A stretch of 64,000 nt of DNA, taken from NCBI RefSeq assembly GCF_044324785.1, contig NZ_CP172127.1; one strand, given 5' to 3'. Position 1 is the stretch's first letter; each line of letters opens with the position of its first letter. The position numbers were made by a program, and so were the translations under genes. Below are positions 23,680 through 33,764 of this stretch, piece by piece. Source of the stretch: Escherichia coli. Lineage in GTDB: Bacteria > Pseudomonadota > Gammaproteobacteria > Enterobacterales > Enterobacteriaceae. The notes beneath the pieces were generated by a model, which had not been told where the DNA came from, ran no database searches, and was given only the letters and a program-made list of their open reading frames with translations.

Positions 23680-24418
23680 ATGGACGACACACAATTGCAG
23701 GCTCTGGCTAACGAACTGGCCAAAAATCTCAAAACCCCTGAAGATCTCAGTCAGTTCGATCGCCTGCTCAAGAAAATAAGTGTTGAGGCAGCTCTCAACG
23801 CTGAACTGACTCACCATCTGGGACATGAAAAAAATCAGACCAAATCGGGAACCAACTTCCGTAATGGCTATTCCACGAAAACCGTCACCACTACCGACGG
23901 GCCGATGGAATTACGTACTCCACCTGATCGTGATGGTTCCTTCGAACCACAACTGGTGAAGAAAAATCAGACCCGCATTACCGGCATGGACAACCAGATC
24001 CTGGCGCTGTATGCCAGAGGGATGACTACCCGCGAAATTACCTCAGCCTTCAAAGAAATGTACGACGCCGATGTCTCGCCCACGCTGATATCCAAAGTGA
24101 CCGATGCGGTTAAAGAACAGGTCTCTGAATGGCAAAACCGACCGTTGGATGCACTGTATCCCATTGTTTATCTTGACTGTATTGTGGTTAAGGTTCGTCA
24201 CAGCGGGAGTGTCATTAACAAAGCGGTGTTCCTCGCGCTGGGCATCAATACCGACGGTCAGAAAGAGCTGCTGGATATGTGGCTGGCCGAAAATGAAGGT
24301 GCAAAGTTCTGGCTGAATGTACTGACGGAACTGAAAAATCGCGGCCTGAACGATATCCTTATCGCCTTCGTGGACGGCCTGAAAGGCTTCCCGGAAGCGA
24401 TTAATGCCGTCTATCCCA
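23680..24418 (+). pseudogene. IS256-family transposase, N-terminal about 246 aa, truncated by IS200 sequence
   Basis: MDDTQLQALANELAKNLKTPEDL...NAELTHHLGHEK...LDCIVVKVR...IAFVDGLKGFPEAINAVYP then loss of homology. Confidence 0.8.
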
Positions 24419-24650
24419 TAAAGCCGGATACGCTCATTTTGGGCGGGATCTCCACAAGCATATGGATATGATCTGCACAGCACTCAGCTTCAAGAATCCG
24501 TACACTTTTCCACTCACACAGCTTTCTCAAAATACTGCCTGTTGCTTTACGCTTCTCTCTGTAGAACACTTTTCTTCGGTATTTTGGCGCAAAAACTATG
24601 TGATATTTACAGTTCCATCGGGTATGCGCTAAGCTCTTTTCGTTCCCCAT
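24418..24650 (-). pseudogene. tnpA: IS200 transposase TnpA, N-terminal part only
   Basis: MGNEKSLAHTRWNCKYHIVFAPKYRRKVFYREKRKATGSILRKLCEWKSVRILEAECCADHIHMLVEIPPKMSVSGFMG; gene cut off at 24418. Confidence 0.75.
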
Positions 24651-24654
24651 TGGG

Positions 24655-24723
24655 ACCCCCTTTTGATTTCTTGTTTGACACTTGCAGTTGCCAGACCGCA
24701 AGGTGTTTTAACAAATCAAAAGG
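24655..24723 (-). promoter_or_regulatory. IS200 5' leader stem-loop immediately upstream of the tnpA start codon
   Basis: 12-bp arms CCCCTTTTGATT (24655..24666) and AATCAAAAGGGG (24712..24723) with 45-nt loop; RBS and ATG lie directly after the stem on the minus strand. Confidence 0.4.
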
Positions 24724-24739
24724 GGTTTTAATAACTGGC

Positions 24740-25787
24740 TCAAAGCTGAAAGCTTTCCGGCCCCCAGCCTAGCTGGGGTTTTTCTGTGCACAAAAATCCG
24801 GAAACGAGTGAGCGTTTCAGGATTCTTAAACAGACCCTGGATCGGTCAACTGCTCCTAAACTGATCGGCATTACACCTGTCGGCTGCCGTTTTTTCAGCT
24901 CCGTGATCCATGGGCCGGGTTCTTTGGTAAGCAATGCTGCCGCCCTTGCCCCATGGATAAATAATGTCCGGTGGTAGGTATCCCCACGTTTGCTTATCCC
25001 CAGCATGCGAACCTTCCCAGCGGACCCCGTCTGCTTCGGCACCAGACAGACATAAGCGTCAAACTCACGTCCGGATTTAAATGCTGAGGCCTCGCCCATG
25101 GTGGCGACCACCGCCGTAGCGATTAACGGCCCCACACCGGGGATTTCCATTAGGCGCTTACAGTTTTCGCTCTGCCGTGCCACGCTGTTAATCTGTTTAT
25201 CAAGGCCATCTATCTGCATGCCCAGCTCACTCAGTCTGTTGTACTGGTATTCAAGCACAGTGATGAGATACGGCGGCAGGTTCGTCTTCATTCGCTCTAG
25301 GGCTGTCGGTAGCTTTCTGTCCATCGCTGTCCAATCTTTGTGGAGGATTTCACCAAACTCGAGGAGCGTGCCAAGGGTATTAATATGCGAGGTTCTGAAC
25401 TTCACCAGTTGTCTGCGCGAACGGTGCAGGACCAGAACTGACTGCTTCTCTTCCGTTTTAACAGCGATATCTTTACTGGGCTGCTGTACCGCCATCCAGA
25501 TAGCACGCGCATCCATCACATCATTTTTGTTGCCCATGACGAATGCTTTAACGAAGCGAGCTTGCAACAGCCGAACTTTGTGTCCCAGTTTTTTCCAGTT
25601 CCCTCGCCCAATGTTGGGAGCCTCCACAAGCCTCCATACCTATCAGACAGGGTTCCCGGTTGCTGAAGAACGTCAGAAAATCCTTGCTACGTAGCTGCTT
25701 GTCCACCACTTCGCCCGTGTACTCATTGATGAAGTGAACCTGAATCAGATACTTTGCGATATCAACGCCAACCGGTGTATATTTCAT
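24740..25787 (-). pseudogene. IS110-family transposase, frameshifted near 25600
   Basis: N-terminus MKYTPVGVDIAKYLIQVHFINEYTGEVVDK...LIGMEACGGSQHWAREL (ORF 25548..25886), continuing in another frame with MEIPGVGPLIATAVVA...MLGISKRGD (ORF 24740..25627). Confidence 0.75.
24761..24783 (+). terminator. Hairpin followed by a T-run (rho-independent terminator-like), at the IS200 left end and the 3' end of the IS110-family gene
   Basis: CCCCCAGC-CTA-GCTGGGG followed by TTTTT on the plus strand. Confidence 0.35.
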
Positions 25788-26028
25788 TTGTGGAGTCGCC
25801 AGTCTGAGGGCGCTTTTGCATCCCGTATTGGGCACTATGATGCCGGAAATCTGAGAGGCTCCACAGCAGACAATTTTACCCTTCATCCATCACAGTGCAC
25901 CTCTCTTAACAGGGCAGGATGTGTTCAGTACATTTCTCCTTTTATGGTTACAGTTTATCCATCATGGCGTAATTGAAGGCTGTCGTGAAGGAGAGGAAGA
26001 GCATCTCATCACTTACAAACAAATACAT

Positions 26029-26047
26029 TAATGATAACCATTTGCAT
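26029..26047 (+). promoter_or_regulatory. Fur-box-like sequence upstream of sitA
   Basis: TAATGATAACCATTTGCAT resembles the Fur consensus GATAATGATAATCATTATC. Confidence 0.3.
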
Positions 26048-26066
26048 TTGTATAGATTATGCTATA

Positions 26067-26088
26067 AAACATAGCCGTTGCTATGTTT
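26067..26088 (+). promoter_or_regulatory. MntR box upstream of sitA
   Basis: Palindrome AAACATAGC-CGTT-GCTATGTTT, essentially the mntH-type MntR operator, about 35 bp before the sitA ATG. Confidence 0.5.
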
Positions 26089-26120
26089 GTTCTAATTTTG
26101 CTCACTATAGGTACTGAATT

Positions 26121-27035
26121 ATGCACTCAATAAAAAAATTAACCATGCTCTTGGGGTTCCTCGCCCTCACCTGCTCGATCGCATTTCAGGCGAGTGCAAC
26201 TGAAAAATTCAAGGTCATTACAACATTTACCATCATCGCAGATATGGCCAAAAACGTGGCTGGAGATGTTGCAGAAGTCTCATCCATAACCAAGCCCGGT
26301 GCGGAAATTCATGAGTATCAGCCTACCCCTGGCGATATTAAACGTGCGCAGGGGGCACAACTGATTCTCGCCAATGGAATGAATCTGGAATTGTGGTTCC
26401 AGCGCTTTTACCAGCATCTCAATGGTGTTCCAGAAGTGATTGTCTCTTCGGGTGTGACGCCAGTAGGGATCACCGAAGGCCCCTACGAGGGAAAACCTAA
26501 CCCTCATGCCTGGATGTCGCCAGATAATGCTTTGATTTACGTCGATAATATTCGTGATGCGTTGATAAAATACGATCCGGCAAATGCAAAAACATACCAA
26601 CGTAATGCCGATACTTATAAAGCCAAGATTACCCAAACCCTTGCCCCCCTGCGTAAGCAGATTGCTGAACTCCCTGAGAATAAAAGATGGATGGTCACCA
26701 GTGAAGGGGCTTTTTCTTATCTCGCACGCGATTTGGGGCTAAAAGAGCTTTATCTGTGGCCGATAAATGCCGATCAACAAGGAACACCCCAGCAGGTACG
26801 TAAAGTGGTTGATATAGTGAAGAAAAATAATATCCCAGCGGTATTTAGTGAGAGTACGGTTTCCGATAAACCAGCGCGTCAGGTTGCGCGTGAAACCGGC
26901 GCACACTACGGCGGTGTGCTCTATGTCGATTCCCTGAGCACAGAAAACGGCCCGGTACCTACGTATATCGACCTTCTGAAGGTTACTACCAGTACGCTGG
27001 TGCAGGGAATTAAAGCCGGGAAAAGGGAGAAGTAA
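26121..27035 (+). CDS. sitA: Mn/Fe ABC transporter periplasmic binding protein SitA
   Basis: 304-aa ORF with signal peptide; ZnuA/TroA-family SBP; first gene of a four-gene SBP-ATPase-permease-permease operon. Confidence 0.9.
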   Translation: MHSIKKLTMLLGFLALTCSIAFQASATEKFKVITTFTIIADMAKNVAGDVAEVSSITKPGAEIHEYQPTPGDIKRAQGAQLILANGMNLELWFQRFYQHLNGVPEVIVSSGVTPVGITEGPYEGKPNPHAWMSPDNALIYVDNIRDALIKYDPANAKTYQRNADTYKAKITQTLAPLRKQIAELPENKRWMVTSEGAFSYLARDLGLKELYLWPINADQQGTPQQVRKVVDIVKKNNIPAVFSESTVSDKPARQVARETGAHYGGVLYVDSLSTENGPVPTYIDLLKVTTSTLVQGIKAGKREK

Positions 27036-27862
27036 TGATGCAATCTGCGGGTATTGTCGTTAATGGCGTTACTGTCACCTGGCGTAACGGGCACACAGCA
27101 CTGCGCGATGCATCCTTCACAGTACCAGGCGGATCTATTGCCGCTCTGGTTGGGGTAAACGGTTCCGGAAAATCGACGTTATTTAAAGCGATTATGGGAT
27201 TCGTGCGTCTGACTACCGGAAAGATATCTGTTCTGGGTATTCCCACGCGGCAGGCTCTGCAGAAAAACCTGATTGCCTACGTCCCGCAGTCAGAAGAAGT
27301 GGACTGGTCCTTTCCTGTACTGGTGGAAGATGTGGTGATGATGGGCCGCTATGGGCATATGGGTATGTTGCGTATAGCCAATAAGAGGGATCGTCAGGTT
27401 GTCACCGATGCGCTGGAACGTGTCGATATGGTAGATTTTCGCCATCGACAAATCGGCGAGCTTTCCGGTGGACAAAAGAAACGCGTCTTTCTGGCGAGAG
27501 CGATTGCACAGCAGGGTGATGTGATCCTGCTGGATGAACCTTTTACCGGCGTTGATGTGAAAACCGAAGCCAAAATCATCAGCCTGTTGAGGGAGTTACG
27601 CGCGGAAGGCAAAACGATGCTTGTCTCAACGCACAATCTCGGATCCGTCACGACATTTTGCGATTATACGGTCATGGTCAAAGGCACCGTCCTGGCAAGC
27701 GGGCCGACAGACACCACTTTTACAGCCGAGAACCTGGAGCTGGCTTTTAGCGGCGTACTACGCCATGTCACACTTAAAGGCTCGGAAGAAAGCATTATTA
27801 CTGACGATGAACGCCCCTTTGTGGCTTATCGACCATCAGCGGTGCAGAGGGAAGAAAGATGA
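27035..27862 (+). CDS. sitB: Mn/Fe ABC transporter ATP-binding protein SitB
   Basis: Walker [10 protein letters not shown], signature LSGGQKKR, Walker B ILLDEP. Confidence 0.9.
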   Translation: MMQSAGIVVNGVTVTWRNGHTALRDASFTVPGGSIAALVGVNGSGKSTLFKAIMGFVRLTTGKISVLGIPTRQALQKNLIAYVPQSEEVDWSFPVLVEDVVMMGRYGHMGMLRIANKRDRQVVTDALERVDMVDFRHRQIGELSGGQKKRVFLARAIAQQGDVILLDEPFTGVDVKTEAKIISLLRELRAEGKTMLVSTHNLGSVTTFCDYTVMVKGTVLASGPTDTTFTAENLELAFSGVLRHVTLKGSEESIITDDERPFVAYRPSAVQREER

Positions 27863-28716
27863 ACGTGCTACTGGAACCCTTCAGCTATGAATATATGCTC
27901 AATGCGATGTGGGTCGCGGCGATGGTCGGCGGTCTCTGCGCTTTCCTGTCATGCTATCTGATGCTAAAAGGCTGGTCGCTGATTGGCGATGCGCTGTCGC
28001 ACTCTATCGTCCCGGGTGTTGCGGGGGCATATATGCTGGGGCTTCCGTTTTCTCTGGGGGCCTTCTTTTCCGGTGGACTGGCTGCGGGCAGCATGCTGTT
28101 TCTTAACCAACGCACTCGCTTAAAAGAAGATGCCATCATCGGCCTGATCTTCTCGTCCTTTTTTGGCCTGGGGCTGTTTATGGTGTCATTAAACCCGACA
28201 TCCGTAAATATTCAGACCATCGTCCTGGGCAATATTCTGGCAATCGCTCCGGCGGATATCCTGCAACTCACTATCATTGGCATTGTCTCAGTCATAGTGC
28301 TCTTTTTCAAATGGAAAGATCTTATGGTGACCTTTTTCGACGAAAATCACGCCCGTGCTATTGGATTATATCCAGGAAGATTAAAAATCCTCTTCTTCAC
28401 ACTGCTGGCGGTATCGACCGTTGCAGCATTGCAAACGGTTGGGGCTTTTCTGGTGATCTGTCTGGTAGTGACCCCTGGCGCAACAGCATGGTTGTTAACC
28501 GATCGTTTTCCCCGCCTGCTCGTGATTGCTGTAACTATTGGCAGTGTAACCAGTTTCCTCGGCGCGTGGGTCAGTTACTTTCTGGACGGAGCGACAGGTG
28601 GAATCATCGTGGTGGCGCAGACACTGCTGTTTCTTTTAGCATTTGTCTTTGCACCCACCCATGGGCTTTTGGCAAATCGTCAGCGTGCGCATAAGGTGCT
28701 GGAGGATCGCTCATGA
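27859..28716 (+). CDS. sitC: Mn/Fe ABC transporter permease SitC
   Basis: 285-aa polytopic membrane protein, ABC-3 family; overlaps sitB stop. Confidence 0.9.
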   Translation: MNVLLEPFSYEYMLNAMWVAAMVGGLCAFLSCYLMLKGWSLIGDALSHSIVPGVAGAYMLGLPFSLGAFFSGGLAAGSMLFLNQRTRLKEDAIIGLIFSSFFGLGLFMVSLNPTSVNIQTIVLGNILAIAPADILQLTIIGIVSVIVLFFKWKDLMVTFFDENHARAIGLYPGRLKILFFTLLAVSTVAALQTVGAFLVICLVVTPGATAWLLTDRFPRLLVIAVTIGSVTSFLGAWVSYFLDGATGGIIVVAQTLLFLLAFVFAPTHGLLANRQRAHKVLEDRS

Positions 28717-29591
28717 TGGCATTATTACTGGAGCCACTGCAGTTCACCTTTATGAGTCACGCACTGCTGATTTCACTGGTAGTTTCCATACCCTGTGCGC
28801 TGCTGTCGGTCTTTCTGGTCCTGAAAGGTTGGGCACTGATGGGAGACGCGATGAGTCATGCGGTTTTTCCTGGTATCGTGCTTGCGTGGATACTGGGTTT
28901 TCCTCTGGCGGGAGGAGCATTCGTCGCCGGAGTATTCTGCGCGGTGGCGACGGGATACCTGAAAGACAACAGCCGAATCAAGCAAGATACAGTGATGGGG
29001 ATTGTTTTTTCTGGCATGTTTGCCGCAGGTCTGATCTTGTATATTGCAGTCAAACCCGACGTACATCTTGACCATATTCTTTTCGGCGACATGCTCGGGG
29101 TAACCATCGGCGATATAATCCAGACGGTGATTATTGCCGGGCTGGTTACACTTGTTATTAGCGTAAAATGGCGGGATTTTTTGCTGTTCAGCTTTGATTA
29201 TCAACAGGCGCAGGTAAGCGGTTTGCATACGAGATGGCTGCATTATGGGCTGCTGTGCATGGTCTCTCTGACCATTGTGGCGACGCTGAAAGCGGTAGGT
29301 ATCATTCTCTCCATTTCTCTGCTCATTGCGCCTGGCGCCATTGCGGTACTCCTGACGCAACGCTTTCATATTGCGCTCCTGCTGGCGCTCGGTATATCGG
29401 TAATGGTCTCAATGACTGGTGTATGGCTCTCCTTTTTTATAGACAGCGCACCAGCACCAACGATTGTTATCTTATTCACGGTTGTATTCATCCTGACGTT
29501 TACCGCTTCCAGCATCAATGCTCACGCGAAGGAAAATGTCGATCCACAGGATCTCCCGACTAGTACAACAACCAGAGAGCAACATCTGTAG
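28713..29591 (+). CDS. sitD: Mn/Fe ABC transporter permease SitD
   Basis: 292-aa ABC-3 family permease, paralogous to SitC. Confidence 0.9.
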   Translation: MMALLLEPLQFTFMSHALLISLVVSIPCALLSVFLVLKGWALMGDAMSHAVFPGIVLAWILGFPLAGGAFVAGVFCAVATGYLKDNSRIKQDTVMGIVFSGMFAAGLILYIAVKPDVHLDHILFGDMLGVTIGDIIQTVIIAGLVTLVISVKWRDFLLFSFDYQQAQVSGLHTRWLHYGLLCMVSLTIVATLKAVGIILSISLLIAPGAIAVLLTQRFHIALLLALGISVMVSMTGVWLSFFIDSAPAPTIVILFTVVFILTFTASSINAHAKENVDPQDLPTSTTTREQHL

Positions 29592-29825
29592 GCACATAGC
29601 AGTCATGGAGACAATCTTGTGAAGTCATAGAGTGTCGGGGGAAGGTATTGAAAGTCCCCGACCTCCGAAGAAAATATGGGCGGCATGATCAGGAAAACAC
29701 CGTCAGCTCCTGTATAAAGTTATTTGTTGCCACCGTTGCCCAAATCACTCATATCAACAAACGGAATATTCAGTTTGAATCCACATTCCATTGTGGGCGT
29801 ACGAATAGCATCAAGTTTTGCTGTA

Positions 29826-29850
29826 TTGTCAACAACGGATGAAAAGTGGC
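29826..29850. repeat. Solo IS21-family (IS100-like) terminal IR remnant
   Basis: TGTCAACAACGGATGAAAAGTGG, nearly identical to the IS100-like IR at 12747..12772; no IS21-family genes adjacent. Confidence 0.4.
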
Positions 29851-29860
29851 ACTTCCTTGG

Positions 29861-29950
29861 ATTTACCTCTATATTTCCAGACATCTGTTATCACTTAACC
29901 TGTTACTGTCCTTCAACTGCAGGTGATTCAGGGGGCCAGTCTAACCGCTA
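29861..29950. mobile_element. Miniature IS2 remnant: both IS2 ends fused, about 90 bp, no coding sequence
   Basis: TGGATTTACCTCTATATTTCCAGACATCTGTTATCACTTAACC (IS2 right-end-like) joined to CAGGTGATTCAGGGGGCCAGTCTA (IS2 left-end-like); compare the intact IS2 ends at 38350 and 39680. Confidence 0.5.
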
Positions 29951-30074
29951 AGAACATGTTCCCGAAAATTGAGATAAACACGTTATGACAGCAACGTAAA
30001 ATAAAACAGCGTTTTTTAGTCATAATGAACATGTAGAGTCCGTTTGTTCATACTCTGTGATTATCTCCATACGT

Positions 30075-30428
30075 TCATCTCTGGCGCTGCCAGATAGCGT
30101 TTTCGTTCTTACAGTCAATGCGCACCCGATACTGAATATCGGCTTTCTTCCCCCGGGCGGTGAGATGCACTGTGACTAAATTATCACCTTTACTTACCAG
30201 CTCACGAAGATTCACCCAGACAACAGGATGCTGCTGACTGAAGATCACCTAGTCATCTTTCCAGTGAAGCACCTGTTTCTGGAGATAGTCCCGTTTGACG
30301 CTGGCTGCAACAGCCGATGATTCCTGCCCTTCACATCGTGGAAAACTGACGGTTCTGTTTTTATCAGTAGCCAGTGATGATACACAAATACCGAAGGTGA
30401 GCAGAATTGAAGAGAGTGTTTTGTTTAT
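30075..30428 (-). pseudogene. Small exported-protein gene remnant (in-frame TAG, no start codon)
   Basis: Minus-strand frame reads LSSILLTFGICVSSLATDKNRTVSFPRCEGQ...HWKDD-stop-VIFSQQHPVVWVNLRELVSKGDNLVTVHLTARGKKADIQYRVRIDCKNENAIWQRQR; signal-peptide-like start; family not recognised. Confidence 0.25.
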
Positions 30429-30522
30429 TTACAGAACCCCATCATGGATAGCTCATTGTATTATTACTTTACATTTTAACAACATAAAATATCACTTTCA
30501 GAAGCAACAATCACATAACTTC

Positions 30523-31635
30523 TTATCCATTATTAATCACCTTATACAACGGGAGCATCGCCGCGCCGCATGACGCACTCTGTGCTCCCATCGAAGAGGC
30601 AGCTAACTTCACTCTGGGGCGGTTGGGATCGAGGCAGGCTTCCATCAGTTGATTCAGTTCCTGCACCAGACGACTGATAATCGGTTTCGGCATCGCGCCA
30701 CCGAGTACGATGATTTGCGGGTCTACCCACTGCACACAGCTGAAGAGCGTCTGCTCCACCTGGCCACGACAGCGTTCAAACCAGCTTTCCAGCAGTGGGT
30801 GCTGCCCGGCTATCAGCTCCGGTAGCTTAGTTTCACTGAATCCTTCACGCTCCAGTGTGGCAAGCAAATCCTTATACGACGGGCGCGGTGTACCGGATGG
30901 AAACGCCATCCCGACTTCACCGGCATTGCAGAACCCGCCGCGTAGCATTTTATTCCCGGAGATAATACCCGCGCCGATACCGTAGCCAAGGTCGATAAAG
31001 GTTAGATCGCTGTACGCATTCCATTTGCCGCTGTACAGTTCACCTACCGCCGAGGCGTTGGCATTATTTTCCACCCACGTCGGCCACGGCAGGTTGTCGG
31101 CAAACGCCTGCTGGAGATCTACCTCACGCCAGCTCTCCAGCCACGGTACGCTGTGGCGCTTGCGACCATCCGCTTTCAGAAATCCGGGCACTGCATAGCC
31201 AATGCCGAGAATACGTGCGTGCTGGAGCTGGCGCTTTTTCAGCATTTTCTCCACCAAGGTTTTGATCTGCGCGAGAGAGGCCTCCAGTGGCTGATTCTCC
31301 TGATGTGCTTCGCAAAGCGACAGCAGCTGGCGACCACTGAGATCGACCACCGTCATATCGATAAAACCGGGACTGAACGACAACCCGATAGCACAACCGC
31401 CGCCGGGGTTAAGGCGCAACGGCAGCGACGGCTGGCCGCGCTGCCCGGTATTGCGCTCCCCTTCCACCACCAGGCCGGAGAACATCAGCTCTCGGCACTG
31501 TTGGGTGATCGCCCCCGCCGTCAGTCCCGACAGCCGTGCCAGTTCAGCCCGCGTCACCGGGGCGTGGAGACGGATCAGTTCCAGCAGCAGGCGCTGCGAA
31601 CCACGTAGTTCAAGGCGTTCAGAGTGGGCGTTCAT
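30523..31635 (-). CDS. ROK-family transcriptional regulator (NagC/Mlc-like)
   Basis: 370-aa ORF, N-terminal HTH (VTRAELARLSGLTAGAITQQCREL), ROK sugar-kinase-like fold with Cys/His-rich motif. Confidence 0.8.
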   Translation of the reverse strand: MNAHSERLELRGSQRLLLELIRLHAPVTRAELARLSGLTAGAITQQCRELMFSGLVVEGERNTGQRGQPSLPLRLNPGGGCAIGLSFSPGFIDMTVVDLSGRQLLSLCEAHQENQPLEASLAQIKTLVEKMLKKRQLQHARILGIGYAVPGFLKADGRKRHSVPWLESWREVDLQQAFADNLPWPTWVENNANASAVGELYSGKWNAYSDLTFIDLGYGIGAGIISGNKMLRGGFCNAGEVGMAFPSGTPRPSYKDLLATLEREGFSETKLPELIAGQHPLLESWFERCRGQVEQTLFSCVQWVDPQIIVLGGAMPKPIISRLVQELNQLMEACLDPNRPRVKLAASSMGAQSASCGAAMLPLYKVINNG

Positions 31636-31650
31636 GGTGTCCTTATTTTT

Positions 31651-32481
31651 CTAGTTCCAGCGCAGGCCTGCTTCTTCAATCAGTCCCTGCAAATACGGAA
31701 TATCATCGTGGCTGAGCATATCAATCAGCCCCGCCTGCATCCAGCCGATAATCACCGGACGACTGTCACAGCCGAATTTATAGTCGTACTGCTCCAGCGG
31801 CGTCATGCCGTTTTTCATTTCATGCAGATACATCCGCACGCCCAGTCCGGCATTTTTGTAGGCCCGCAGGTCGTCGATATGGGCGAACTCGAACTCAAAG
31901 CAGACGCATCCGGCATTGGACTGCTGTACAGCCGCAAGCTGGTTATTGTAGCGCTCCAGCGTCACCACCTGTAACGCCAGTTGCGGGATTTGCGCCTTCA
32001 CCCGGTTGATCAGCACATGGTTGAAGCCCAGCAACTGGATATGGCCGAGGGCATCCAGATGCTCATGCAGCAGTGCGACCAGCGCCGCCACAAACTCGTC
32101 ATGGCGGTTGCGCTGTTTGACCTCAACAATCAGCCCCATGCTGTTTTCCACCGCCCAGCGCAGCACGTCCGCCAGCAAGGGGATGCGCGTTCCGGCAAAC
32201 GACGGATGGTATTTCACGCCAAAGTCGCACGCCAGCAGCTGCGGGTACGTCATCTGCTCCACAAATCCGTGTCCGGTGGATACCCGGTCGATACGGTGAT
32301 CGTGCGTGACCACCAGTTGGTTATCCGCCGTCAGGTGGATATCGATTTCAATACAGTGGGTTCCCGCCAGGCGGGCGGCTTCAAAGGCCGGGAATGTGTT
32401 CTCCGGCGCGCAGCTGGAATAACCTCGGTGGCTGTTGGCCAGCACGATCCCCTCTGCCGCCCGGTGAAAGTTAAACGCCAT
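31651..32481 (-). CDS. Glycerophosphodiester phosphodiesterase family protein
   Basis: 276-aa ORF with GDPD motifs (HRGYSSCAPENT, EIDIHLTADNQLVVTHD). Confidence 0.8.
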   Translation of the reverse strand: MAFNFHRAAEGIVLANSHRGYSSCAPENTFPAFEAARLAGTHCIEIDIHLTADNQLVVTHDHRIDRVSTGHGFVEQMTYPQLLACDFGVKYHPSFAGTRIPLLADVLRWAVENSMGLIVEVKQRNRHDEFVAALVALLHEHLDALGHIQLLGFNHVLINRVKAQIPQLALQVVTLERYNNQLAAVQQSNAGCVCFEFEFAHIDDLRAYKNAGLGVRMYLHEMKNGMTPLEQYDYKFGCDSRPVIIGWMQAGLIDMLSHDDIPYLQGLIEEAGLRWN

Positions 32482-32696
32482 CTTCTTTTCCTCTCGAATG
32501 TAAGATGGTAATTAACTTTACTACTTAAATTTAAATGTGAAAGATGTTTTTGTTATTTTATGGTTAACCCATTGTTTTATATGCTTTTAATTTGATATTT
32601 AGATCATTTTTTAGCTTTAAGGATCTGTGTCACATAAATTTAATGTTTAGTATGTAAATTTAATAATCATCTTTTTAACCGATGGAAGAGAGACTC

Positions 32697-33764
32697 ATGT
32701 CAAAACTGGTTCTGGAACAGGTGACCAAAACCTTCGGCGAATTCTATGCCGCCAGAGAAATCTCGTTCTGCGCCGAAGAGGGGGAGTTCGTGACCCTGCT
32801 TGGGCCGAGCGGCTGCGGTAAAACCACCCTGCTGAAAATGATCGGCGGTTTTCACCAGCCGGACAGCGGACGCATTCTTATTGGCGATAAAACGGTCAAC
32901 GCCCTGCCGCCAGAAAAGCGCAATACCGCCATGTGTTTCCAGTCCTATGCGCTGTTTCCGCACCTCAACGTGGCACACAACATCTGCTTCGGCCTGAAGC
33001 AGAAAAAAGTCGCTATCAGTGAACAGCAGGACCGGCTGACGGAGGCGCTGAAGCAGGTGGGGCTGGAGAGCCAGCGCCTGAAAATGCCCGCCCAGCTCTC
33101 CGGCGGCCAGCAGCAGCGCGTGGCGCTGGCGCGGGCGATGATCACCCGCCCGGACGTGATCCTGTTCGACGAACCTCTCTCCAACCTTGATGCCAAGCTG
33201 CGCGAAAGCGTGCGTTTTGAAATCAAGGAACTCCAGCGGCAGTATCAGCTCACCTCGATCTACGTCACACACGACCAGGCGGAAGCGCTGGCGATGTCGG
33301 ATAAAATTGTGGTGCTGAACGCCGGTAATGTTGAGCAAATAGGCAAACCGGAAGAGATTTACTACCGTCCGGCCAACCGCTTTGTGGCCGACTTTATCGG
33401 CGCGGCCAATATCGACACCGCGCAGGTCACGCCCTCAGAGCAGCCGGGCTATTACCGGGTACGCTGTGCCCTCGGCGAGTTTTATGTGCATTCCGTACAG
33501 CCGCCACGCACAGAGCACTGCTATATCTGCTGGCGACCGGAAGATGCGCAGTATGTCAGCCAGCCTCAGGCAGGCAACAACCACTTCTCCCTGACGCTCG
33601 ACAAAATGGCCTTTATGGGCAACCTCACCGAAGCCTGGGGCCACAACGACAGCGGGTTATCGGTCCGCTTACAGCTAATTAAAAAGCCGCCCGTCGCCCC
33701 CGGCGAGAGTGCCTGCTTCCGTCTGGCGGAAAACGCCATCCATTTTCTGGAGCCGGTATCATGA
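32697..33764 (+). CDS. ABC transporter ATP-binding protein (PotA/MalK-like, with C-terminal TOBE-type domain)
   Basis: Walker [10 protein letters not shown], signature [14 protein letters not shown], Walker [12 protein letters not shown]; the track ORF starts 15 bp earlier at 32682. Confidence 0.8.
   Translation: MSKLVLEQVTKTFGEFYAAREISFCAEEGEFVTLLGPSGCGKTTLLKMIGGFHQPDSGRILIGDKTVNALPPEKRNTAMCFQSYALFPHLNVAHNICFGLKQKKVAISEQQDRLTEALKQVGLESQRLKMPAQLSGGQQQRVALARAMITRPDVILFDEPLSNLDAKLRESVRFEIKELQRQYQLTSIYVTHDQAEALAMSDKIVVLNAGNVEQIGKPEEIYYRPANRFVADFIGAANIDTAQVTPSEQPGYYRVRCALGEFYVHSVQPPRTEHCYICWRPEDAQYVSQPQAGNNHFSLTLDKMAFMGNLTEAWGHNDSGLSVRLQLIKKPPVAPGESACFRLAENAIHFLEPVS

Noticed and set aside
32700-33338. 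212-aa minus-strand ORF inside the ABC transporter ATPase gene, and similar antisense ORFs in the ROK, permease and binding-protein genes (for example 31153..31608, 35608..36240)
   Set aside because: GC-rich antisense frames of confidently assigned genes; no independent evidence of coding.
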